From the IMG/VR virus record IMGVR_UViG_3300009702_000013, positions 1 through 32,904 of that record: a stretch of DNA of 32,904 bases, one strand, 5' to 3'. Under the pieces are notes generated by a model, which saw nothing but the letters and a program-made list of their open reading frames with translations, was not told where the DNA came from and did no database searches. The DNA is from a virus. The translations under genes and the position numbers were made by a program. Positions 16,602 through 23,497 of the stretch are shown here, piece by piece (the first letter of the stretch is position 1; every line of letters begins with the position of its first letter).

Positions 16602-18396
16602 TTACTTTTTGTTTATTTTTAGCTAATAAAGGCGTTCTATTTTCTGCTGGTTGTTGCCCTTGCCCTTGTGGTTGCACTTGCACTTGCCCTTGCTGTTGTT
16701 GCGCTTGTGCAAGCTCTGGTGCTGTCAATGCGTTGTTCTTCACTACTTGCAAGAATGTTTGCAATGCTCCGAACAATTGTCTTTTGTCAGCACTTTCACC
16801 ATCCTCAATGACAACTTCCCATTCAAAATCTTTCAAAGACTCCGACCACGTCTTTTTTTCCATATCCGACGGCTTAAATGTACGCTTGTTGCCTTGAGCA
16901 ATAAGCGATTGTTGCACATTCGCCTGTGCAGTCGCCGGGTCAAATTGCGGTGGCACTTGCATATTGAACAATGCGTCAGCCGCCGCTTTATCAAACTGTT
17001 TTCTCGCTTCTTGTGGAACAAAAGAAGCATCCAATTTTTTGATATCGTCATCAGCCAATATCGCTGTGACTTCCTCGACAGTATCCATGTTCTTTTTCAA
17101 ATTCGGTAAAATAAACTTCCGCAACATCGTGTTCAAATACATCTTTTTATTCTCCACCATCATATCAAACAACGACAACGCTTGCTCTTGCAACGATTGT
17201 ACTTGAAGCCCTGACGTTCCTGATGGTTGCGTTGAACCTCGGAGAGCATCCGGTGTAGCCGATACGTCCTGACCACCAACACGCCATTGATTGAGATACG
17301 ATGTCAGCGCACCAATGTTTTGAACGGAATTATCTACTCTTGAAATCGGAGATTGTGTTTGGAATATGTCGCCTGTTTGCATCGCGGTTATAACATTCCT
17401 CCCTTGGAAACCCTGATCGGCTGTTTGGAAGATTATCATCGAAGCAAGGTCGAGATAATCTTTCATGTTCTTCATTGTATGATTAACCATCCACTGGTTA
17501 TCAAACATATACTCAACCGCTCCCTTACCTTTCGTTCTGCCGTCTTCTTCGATCAAGTGCGTGATCATGTATGGGTCTTGTTTTTCTTTCCCGACAAACA
17601 AAGTATAATCATCAAAACCACTATCGGACTTTACAAACGACACAACATGCATTTGTTGGAAAAAATTACTTTCATCACCTTCATATACGTCAATTCCTTT
17701 TCCGTTTTTATACATCTCCTCGGACAACTCCCCATGTACCTCATACAGTTCAATAAACTTTGATACATTGTCTTTCTGATTTCCACGACCTGTCTTGCGC
17801 GTGGTCACGTTCTCAATCAAATTCTGCACTGCTTTAACATCATACCCGGCATAATCTGGGTGACCTTTCGTCGCCATCGCTTTTAATTGTGCTGGTGTTT
17901 TGTAAAACTTTTCTATCCTCGGTAATGCGTAGAAGTCAATCGGGTCAACGATAAGTCTGTTCCACGGTACAACACTTGCAATAAGTTTTTTATCAACTTC
18001 GATAAACTTTACAACTGCTGACCCATGCCGTGCAAGTGTCAATCCCCATTGGTTTAGGAACAACCCGAAATTATTTCTTCGTATCCAATTTTGCAAGAGA
18101 GCATATGCAGCGTATGTTTGTATTGTTTTTTTCAATGATGGAGGCAACAACATTATCCTTGATGTATCCACATCTGTCGCCCTCCACCAGATATTGGCAG
18201 CCGCTACTGAGATATTAAAAAACGGTTTCTCTCTCCCTAAAGAATCCGTCAACCCTGATGTATGCACTGAATTAAGATACGCATCCTCGGTAGCAAGCGT
18301 GTCGTAAAGATTATGCGTAACGTGTTCGGATATTTGCACATCTTGTTGCATTGCTAACTCTCCATCGCGCATTGTTTCGAAAATTGATTTATCCAT
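16594..18396 (-). CDS. Portal protein (600 aa from MDKSIF...)
   Basis: The call rests on its size and its position directly after the large terminase; the terL TAA is separated from this ATG by 1 nt. The track ORF allows an earlier start at 18441. The C-terminal tail is Gln-rich (QAQQQQGQVQVQPQGQGQQ). Confidence 0.7.
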   Translation of the reverse strand: MDKSIFETMRDGELAMQQDVQISEHVTHNLYDTLATEDAYLNSVHTSGLTDSLGREKPFFNISVAAANIWWRATDVDTSRIMLLPPSLKKTIQTYAAYALLQNWIRRNNFGLFLNQWGLTLARHGSAVVKFIEVDKKLIASVVPWNRLIVDPIDFYALPRIEKFYKTPAQLKAMATKGHPDYAGYDVKAVQNLIENVTTRKTGRGNQKDNVSKFIELYEVHGELSEEMYKNGKGIDVYEGDESNFFQQMHVVSFVKSDSGFDDYTLFVGKEKQDPYMITHLIEEDGRTKGKGAVEYMFDNQWMVNHTMKNMKDYLDLASMIIFQTADQGFQGRNVITAMQTGDIFQTQSPISRVDNSVQNIGALTSYLNQWRVGGQDVSATPDALRGSTQPSGTSGLQVQSLQEQALSLFDMMVENKKMYLNTMLRKFILPNLKKNMDTVEEVTAILADDDIKKLDASFVPQEARKQFDKAAADALFNMQVPPQFDPATAQANVQQSLIAQGNKRTFKPSDMEKKTWSESLKDFEWEVVIEDGESADKRQLFGALQTFLQVVKNNALTAPELAQAQQQQGQVQVQPQGQGQQPAENRTPLLAKNKQKVNG

Positions 18397-18397
18397 T

Positions 18398-19810
18398 TTA
18401 TCTTGAGCTATCTTGTATCTTTTTAGACTCAGTGATGTCAAATTGTCTATTAAGTTCTTCCACTAACCGTGTGGTATCAAATGATTGTTTCGGGATCATA
18501 CTATTTTTTACATCAAAATACATTCTCATCAAAAAGGTATCAGATATATCCGGGCTTCTTCCGAGCAAATCTTTAACATCTTCTTTCGGAGTCGCAAACC
18601 TTTTTCCGTCACCTTTTGACGCATCTTGATAAAGTGAAAGTTCTTCGATAATCTGCTCTTGTATTATACCATCTTTCACTGTGCAAGCCAACAAGTGATT
18701 GTTTACTTTTTCAGCAAGAGTAAAAACACATTGTGAGCGTAAGTTTTTATAATCAGTCACGAGTGGAGCTTCTTTTGTATAGTGTACATTCGGAAGCAAG
18801 ACAGGGGAAGCGTCGGTACGAATCGCTTGATATGAACTTTTATATCCAACAATGCCATCAAGCATTGAAGATGACGCAACCCCGGCACCAACCCCTATAG
18901 CATCTACGGCAATCCCCGAGAACGGTATGCGCTCGGCTGCCGCTATCTCTCGGATCTTGTTGATAATATTTTCGGTATTCAATCGCTCGTACCTTTCGAT
19001 CCTGTAACACTCCAAGTCCTCCCAGAGCGCGAAAATGGTCTTGTCAGTGCCATCATCAGCGATGTCAACAGTCATGTACTTGTCGCCTTGTTTTGTAACC
19101 GTGTTAGTGAATATATCAAGCAGTGAGTCATACCGGAACAATGCTCCGATGTTATCCACATACTCGCCAAGTATTTCCTGACGATAGGTATTCGCGTCAA
19201 GTTCCTTTTGTGCTTTTGTCAGCTCGTCTGGTGGAATGGCCGGATTGTCCTGACTTGTGAAATGAAAGAACTCCCACTCTTTATCTTCGGCATACATTTT
19301 CTCCAACCTCCGCAAGTTCGGGTTTTCTTTTTTCGGCGTTCCTCCGAACCCGGCCGAACCTCCTGTTTCGATAAGCATCGGCCGAAAGATCTCTTGCCAT
19401 CCAATGAAAAAGTTTTTCATCGTGTCGGTTTCGTCAAACTCAATGTGGATGACGTTTGACATTCCACGATAGTTTTCTCGGTTCTCCCATCCACCAATGA
19501 AGATTGTTGTTTCACCGCCGAGCTCGTTTGGTATTTTTATTTCAAGCCGCGACTCATTGTAGTCACCTTGACCTTTGAGGCGTTGCTTAAACGATTCCCA
19601 TACGATTGTTCGGGCTTGTTTCTGTGTTGGTGCGATAAATATCACAGAACGATATTTAAACTCTCGAGCGAGTTTTACTTTTTTAGACGTGCCCTTAAAG
19701 AGCATCCGTTCTCGTTTGAGAATGGTCTTGCCACTTCTCCTGCCCCAGCGTTCAACAGTAAAGCGAGCTTTACTTCTTGCTGTCTTTTTTTGATGAGGAT
19801 ACAAAAGCAT
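18398..19810 (-). CDS. terL: Terminase large subunit (470 aa)
   Basis: It has a Walker A-like motif WGRRSGKT, a Walker B-like motif IHIEFDE, and C-terminal RNaseH-like nuclease acidic motifs (VDIADDGTDKT, AVDAIGVG). Confidence 0.85.
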   Translation of the reverse strand: MLLYPHQKKTARSKARFTVERWGRRSGKTILKRERMLFKGTSKKVKLAREFKYRSVIFIAPTQKQARTIVWESFKQRLKGQGDYNESRLEIKIPNELGGETTIFIGGWENRENYRGMSNVIHIEFDETDTMKNFFIGWQEIFRPMLIETGGSAGFGGTPKKENPNLRRLEKMYAEDKEWEFFHFTSQDNPAIPPDELTKAQKELDANTYRQEILGEYVDNIGALFRYDSLLDIFTNTVTKQGDKYMTVDIADDGTDKTIFALWEDLECYRIERYERLNTENIINKIREIAAAERIPFSGIAVDAIGVGAGVASSSMLDGIVGYKSSYQAIRTDASPVLLPNVHYTKEAPLVTDYKNLRSQCVFTLAEKVNNHLLACTVKDGIIQEQIIEELSLYQDASKGDGKRFATPKEDVKDLLGRSPDISDTFLMRMYFDVKNSMIPKQSFDTTRLVEELNRQFDITESKKIQDSSR

Positions 19811-20030
19811 TATCTATTTTGAGTACGAACGGTTTTCCTGCGCTCATAATATCTTGCGGTATCATTCGCACATACGCTTTCTCAAGTCTTTCAACCGCCC
19901 ACTTTCTGTCAGCTTTATTTTTACTCTCGAGCATTTTTTTCAAAAACTTGAAAAACGGCTCGCTTAATGCTTTATAGCGATCTGCTATTAATAATTCCTC
20001 TGTCCATGATTTTCTTCCCGGTTTTCCCAT
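19770..20030 (-). CDS. Putative terminase small subunit / DNA-binding protein (86 aa)
   Basis: It lies immediately upstream of terL and overlaps it. The N-terminal GRKSWTEEL motif resembles terS-type HTH starts. The call rests mainly on synteny. Confidence 0.4.
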   Translation of the reverse strand: MGKPGRKSWTEELLIADRYKALSEPFFKFLKKMLESKNKADRKWAVERLEKAYVRMIPQDIMSAGKPFVLKIDNAFVSSSKKDSKK

Positions 20031-20055
20031 ACCTAATTAAAATTGACACCTTTTT

Positions 20056-20454
20056 TTATTTATGATACTTCCTTATCCTTGTTTTTGCTTGCTCTTTTGT
20101 AAGATCGAGTCCATACAATGTTGCAAGATTTATCCCATACTCCTCTAAATATTCCTTTGCTTCTTTGTCATTTAAACTTTGCTTCACGAGTTGATATTGT
20201 TTCGCATATGCTATCAACTCCTCCTCAAACCTGAACTCACTATCCGTGCAATACTTGTTCCACCACGTTTGCGGATCATCTCCTTGGCGTTGTGAATGGA
20301 TGTGTTCGTGATAATCCAAATCTATTGGCACCTCTTTCTCACCAGATGGAATATAGATCGCGTCGCCATAACAATATATATTTCCTTCTGCTACCAACCC
20401 GGCAGCTCGAATCATATCAATGTTCGGCGGATAGCTATTCACTATCTTCATCAT
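20056..20454 (-). CDS. Hypothetical protein with an HExxH motif (132 aa)
   Basis: The sequence DYHEHIHSQRQG contains HEHIH, a zincin-type HExxH. Its ATG lies 7 nt after a TGGTATAAT element. Confidence 0.55.
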   Translation of the reverse strand: MMKIVNSYPPNIDMIRAAGLVAEGNIYCYGDAIYIPSGEKEVPIDLDYHEHIHSQRQGDDPQTWWNKYCTDSEFRFEEELIAYAKQYQLVKQSLNDKEAKEYLEEYGINLATLYGLDLTKEQAKTRIRKYHK

Positions 20455-20461
20455 TACCGCA

Positions 20462-20472
20462 ATTATACCATA
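20462..20472 (-). promoter_or_regulatory. Extended -10 promoter (TATGGTATAAT) placed 7 nt before the ATG at 20454, a leaderless arrangement
   Basis: The plus strand reads ATTATACCATA. The minus strand reads TATGGTATAAT-tgcggta-ATG. Confidence 0.55.
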
Positions 20473-20589
20473 ACAGCTATTGCCAAAGCAAGGGGCGCGC
20501 CCGATACAGAACCCATTATCTTATTGACGATGTAATCTGTGCTCAATAAGTACTTTGGGACAATGCTACCCCGATGCTCCAGCATTGTG

Positions 20590-20600
20590 ATTATACCATA
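20590..20600 (-). promoter_or_regulatory. Second copy of the TATGGTATAAT extended -10 element, just after the rusA stop
   Basis: It is the same 11-mer as at 20462..20472 and 2133..2143. It points into a hairpin-rich 125-nt spacer. Confidence 0.45.
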
Positions 20601-20603
20601 ATA

Positions 20604-20954
20604 TCACGCTATCACTATCTCAACCTCGTCTTTTTCACCTTTTTCAACAAAGATATGGATTTCTCCAACATATTTCGGCGTATCATCCGGCAAAAGCCCA
20701 ATTCCAACAAGGCCATCTTCCAACAACTTGATCATCGCAGCGGTATTTGAAACATCGAGCAATTTTCCCTTAAATCGAAACAAATAGCTGATAGATACCG
20801 GATAGTCATCTCTCTCCACGCTGTACTTGCCCTTAAACGCCCAAAATGCCCCGTGGAAGAGGTCTGCGAGCTGTTTACGTCTAGACCAGTGCATACCTGA
20901 ATAAAACTTGTTTAAGCTCACTTTTTGGGGCAATGGGATGGTTATAGTTATCAT
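20604..20954 (-). CDS. rusA: RusA-family Holliday junction resolvase (116 aa from MITITIPLPQK...)
   Basis: It has the N-terminal ITIPLP...N.FY..MHW pattern and the catalytic-region pattern LDVSNTAAMIKLLEDGLVGIGLLPDDTPKYV (compare DLDN...D.L....DD..V of RusA). The 73-codon upstream extension in the track ORF is microsatellite sequence. Confidence 0.8.
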   Translation of the reverse strand: MITITIPLPQKVSLNKFYSGMHWSRRKQLADLFHGAFWAFKGKYSVERDDYPVSISYLFRFKGKLLDVSNTAAMIKLLEDGLVGIGLLPDDTPKYVGEIHIFVEKGEKDEVEIVIA

Positions 20955-20961
20955 CCACCGA

Positions 20962-20967
20962 ATTATA
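20962..20967 (-). promoter_or_regulatory. TATAAT hexamer 7 nt upstream of the rusA ATG
   Basis: The minus strand reads TTATATAAT-tcggtgg-ATG, the same geometry as at 20454. Confidence 0.4.
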
Positions 20968-20990
20968 TAACTTTCCACGAGAAAATGCAC

Positions 20991-21131
20991 ACAACACCGA
21001 CCAACACTGACCAACACTGACCAACACCGACCAACACCGACCAACACCATCAATACCATCAATACCATCAATACCATCAACACCATCAATACCATCAATA
21101 CCATCAACACCATCAACACCATCAATACCAT
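20991..21131. repeat. Two abutting microsatellite arrays: about 5.7 copies of a 10-mer CCAACACYGA (20991..21047) and 10 copies of a 9-mer CAAYACCAT (21042..21131)
   Basis: This was read directly from the sequence. The units differ only by a C/T at one position. The plus strand of the 9-mer array contains no G at all. Confidence 0.95.
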
Positions 21132-21346
21132 AAACACCCCCGAGATCCCATTTGCACATTTCTCACCTTCCAAAAGACTTGTGCAAAACCCGTTTGCACT
21201 TTTCTCTCACACACACTACACCAAAAACCAGTAAAAAACACAAAAATCAAAAAAAGAAAATTTTTTTCCATAAAACAAAAGACTTGTGCAAAAAACGTAC
21301 TTTCCCTTATAGTGTTTGCACTTTGCACAAGTCTCCAAAAACCTTG

Positions 21347-21377
21347 ACCAGCTACACTTAAATGTGGTGTAGCTGGT
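21347..21377 (+). other. Perfect 11-bp hairpin (ACCAGCTACAC / GTGTAGCTGGT, 9-nt loop)
   Basis: This was read directly. It lies between the two 22-mer repeats. Confidence 0.6.
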
Positions 21378-21378
21378 G

Positions 21379-21420
21379 GTCAGTTTTTTTAGTGCGGGAA
21401 AGTCTAAAAACTGACTTTTC
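21379..21420 (+). terminator. Hairpin plus T-run, terminator-like
   Basis: GTCAGTTTTT (21379..21388) pairs with AAAAACTGAC (21406..21415) around a 17-nt loop, followed by TTTTC. Confidence 0.4.
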
Positions 21421-21499
21421 ATCGTGGTTTGCACTTTGCACAAGTCTCAAAAAACCCTTATTTCTACGTCAACCAAATGTATGGCATATCATCAAAAAG

Positions 21500-21508
21500 T
21501 TATCCACA
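21500..21508 (+). promoter_or_regulatory. Consensus DnaA box TTATCCACA within the 14-mer AAAAGTTATCCACA
   Basis: It is a perfect 9/9 match to the consensus. The same 14-mer recurs at 26876..26889. Confidence 0.55.
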
Positions 21509-21581
21509 TTTGCGTGCACTGAAAAGTATGCTACCATACACCACATGGTACGAATGGCTATGAACAATATATTTTATTACA

Positions 21582-21642
21582 AAAAAGGAGTAAATCGTTT
21601 TCCGGCTTTTAGCCAGCCAGTACCAGCGGTTTGCTCCTTTTT
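21582..21642 (+). terminator. Long leader hairpin / bidirectional terminator-like element ending 13 nt before the primase ATG
   Basis: AAAAAGGAGTAAATCG (21582..21597) pairs with CGGTTTGCTCCTTTTT (21627..21642) for 16 bp, including 2 G.U pairs. An A-tract lies 5' and a T-tract 3'. Confidence 0.5.
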
Positions 21643-21654
21643 CGTTGTAAAATT

Positions 21655-23496
21655 ATGAATAAAACAACAAAACAAGCACTATCATATCTATCAATGGGGC
21701 TATCTATTATCCCGATTGGTAGCATTTCTATTGATAAAAATGGGAAAAAAGTCATCAAATACCCTATCTCATGGCGGAAATACCAGAAACAGAAGCCAAC
21801 CGAGGACGAAGTAATCGAATGGTTTGAGCAAAAGCAATATTCTAATATCGGGATAATTACCGGTAAAATATCAGAATTGTTTGTTCTGGATTGTGACTCA
21901 TACAAAGAACATTTTGATAAGAAACTTTTTGATAGTTTTCAAATTCCAATAACACCGGTGCAAACAACAGCGCGAGGGGGGAAACAATACTTTTTTCATT
22001 ATACTGGTGAAGCACGAAACGCCACGGGGATACTCAAAGAAGATTCCGGAATGGATATTCGAGCAAATGGTGGGATGGTAATAGCACCACCGACAATAAC
22101 AAGTTATGGTGAATATACATGGGAAATACCACCGGAAGAAGAGATGTTTGCACCACTCCCGCCGGAACTGGAAAAACTATTTGCAAAAAAAGAGCGGAAG
22201 AACTTACAAGATCTTATTTCATTGAATGAAGGATCGCGTGACGATTCCATTGCCTCTCTTGTTGGAAGGTTATCGCTTGCGCTACCACAACGGCAATGGT
22301 TATCTGAAATATGGCCGACAATACAAAAGATAAATGAAACGTACAAACCACCATTACCGAAGCAAGATTTGGTGAGGATATACCGTTCAATTACGCAAAA
22401 AGAATTAGCGCGACGAGGAGAGAAAGAAGAAAAGCAAGAAGATTTTGCGCCGTCGGTACCGTTCGCTAGTCTTATGGAAACGGAGTATCCGGATGCTCGG
22501 TATGCGATAGAACCATTTTTTGAAGCGGAAACCATCAATATGGTGTCAGCCCCACCGAACACATGGAAGTCATGGTTGTTACTTCTCATGGCGGCGAGTA
22601 TGGCGAATGGTGTTGAATTGTTTGAGAAATTCAAGGCGGATAAATTACCGGTAATGATAGTCAATGAAGAAGATTCGGCGCGAGCATTGCAAGAACGCAT
22701 GAAGCTGCTTGGTATAAAAGGTGATCTTCCTATATGGTTTCGGATAATGCAGGGGGCGAAATTAGAGAAAGAGTATATTGAAAGGCTGCTGGTGGAAATG
22801 AAAGAGAAAGGAGTAAAGGTTGTATTCTTCGATAGTTTGCGCGCGGTACATAATGCCGAAGAAAACGATTCCACGGCAATGCAGGAGATAATGGATCTGT
22901 TGAAATTGATCTCACGAGAAGGGATCACCGTTATCTTTACTCATCATCACCGGAAGAAAACTCCGTTTGTAAAAAATAATGGTGACCCGGAAGCGAGCCG
23001 TGGTTCGTCTGCGATAAATGCTGCGGTGTCGGGGCATATATCATTGGAAGAAGTAGAACGTGAAAATAAAAAATATATTATCGTTCGTCATCTTAAAAGT
23101 AAGGTATGTGAAAAGATAGATCCATTCGAGATTGAGATTGATACAACGGAGGGTGTCAGGTTCACCTATTATGGGTTATTGGAAACACAAGATAAAAAAT
23201 TAACGAACGCGAAGAATGAAATATACGCTCTGCTTGATAATAACCAGCGGTGGATTTCGACGAAAGAAATCGTTGCGATGGGGTTTGCGTCGGAGCGAAC
23301 GACAAAAACGGCTCTTGCTGAATTACGCAAAGAAGAAAATGTGACGGTGAAAACAAGGAAAGAACTTTTGACGGAGGGTGTGCGTGTTGATAGTGATGGG
23401 AAGAAGCAAGAGAATATGTATTTTGTGAATAAAGAAAAGCGAGAAGAAGGCGCGATTGATGTTGATGCGATTAGTGAGGAGTTTATGGATTTCTAA
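21655..23496 (+). CDS. Bifunctional primase-polymerase (Prim-Pol) / PriCT / AAA_25 (RepA/DnaB-like) replicative primase-helicase
   Basis: The N-terminus has the prim-pol pattern (ALSYLSMGLSIIPI...KYPISWRKYQ...EWF...NIGIITGKISELFVLDCDS). The middle is PriCT-like (EGSRDDSIASLVGRL...PPLPKQDLVRIYRSI). A P-loop region follows (VSAPPNTWKSW ... VMIVNEEDS ... FDSLR). The chosen ATG is at 21655, while the track starts at a TTG at 21631. Confidence 0.85.
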   Translation: MNKTTKQALSYLSMGLSIIPIGSISIDKNGKKVIKYPISWRKYQKQKPTEDEVIEWFEQKQYSNIGIITGKISELFVLDCDSYKEHFDKKLFDSFQIPITPVQTTARGGKQYFFHYTGEARNATGILKEDSGMDIRANGGMVIAPPTITSYGEYTWEIPPEEEMFAPLPPELEKLFAKKERKNLQDLISLNEGSRDDSIASLVGRLSLALPQRQWLSEIWPTIQKINETYKPPLPKQDLVRIYRSITQKELARRGEKEEKQEDFAPSVPFASLMETEYPDARYAIEPFFEAETINMVSAPPNTWKSWLLLLMAASMANGVELFEKFKADKLPVMIVNEEDSARALQERMKLLGIKGDLPIWFRIMQGAKLEKEYIERLLVEMKEKGVKVVFFDSLRAVHNAEENDSTAMQEIMDLLKLISREGITVIFTHHHRKKTPFVKNNGDPEASRGSSAINAAVSGHISLEEVERENKKYIIVRHLKSKVCEKIDPFEIEIDTTEGVRFTYYGLLETQDKKLTNAKNEIYALLDNNQRWISTKEIVAMGFASERTTKTALAELRKEENVTVKTRKELLTEGVRVDSDGKKQENMYFVNKEKREEGAIDVDAISEEFMDF

Positions 23497-23497
23497 T

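Larger units (their letters stand above)
21151..21448. promoter_or_regulatory. Operator/iteron cluster built on the heptamer TTTGCAC / GTGCAAA
   Basis: TTTGCAC occurs at 21151 and 21193. AAAAGACTTGTGCAAAA occurs at 21172..21188 and 21277..21293. The 22-mer GTTTGCACTTTGCACAAGTCTC occurs at 21314..21335 and 21427..21448. A perfect dyad GTGCAAA-N5-TTTGCAC lies at 21181..21199. An A-rich tract at 21215..21280 lies between these sites. Confidence 0.7.

Noticed and set aside
16586-16897. Plus-strand Cys/Pro-rich ORF (CCPCPCGCTCTCPCCCCAC...)
   Set aside because: It is the antisense of the CAG/CAA-rich tract that encodes the portal's Gln-rich C-terminal tail, so it is a low-complexity artefact.
20483-20585. 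A 40-codon minus-strand ORF (MLEHRGSIVPKYLLSTDYIVNKIMGSVSGAPLALAIAVMV) in the rusA-downstream spacer
   Set aside because: Its ATG lies only 4 nt after the TATAAT hexamer, which is upstream of the expected transcription start. The sequence is dominated by hairpin arms, and there is no SD or A-rich start context.
20455-20603. A tRNA, including a possible suppressor tRNA; the same check was made in the other intergenic regions
   Set aside because: By eye I could build no cloverleaf. I found no acceptor-stem complementarity at 70-90-nt spacing, no GTTCRANYC T-loop and no CTTTAAA-type anticodon loop in any intergenic segment. A tRNAscan or ARAGORN run would be the definitive check.
20955-21173. 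N-terminal extension of RusA containing (MVL)10, and the alternative-frame DGIDGVDG ORF at 20881..21159
   Set aside because: Both open frames are produced by the stop-free 9-nt and 10-nt microsatellites. The recognisable RusA domain begins at MITITIPLP (ATG 20954), which has its own TATAAT 7 nt upstream. A 30-residue MVL repeat is not a plausible resolvase N-terminus. Translation is not strictly excluded.
21152-21658. Plus- and minus-strand ORFs of 68-98 aa in the control region (21152..21361, 21122..21328, 21216..21443 and 21362..21658)
   Set aside because: They overlap one another, cross the operator repeats, hairpins and A-tracts, and have low-complexity K/T/F-rich products. The region is better explained as regulatory or origin DNA.
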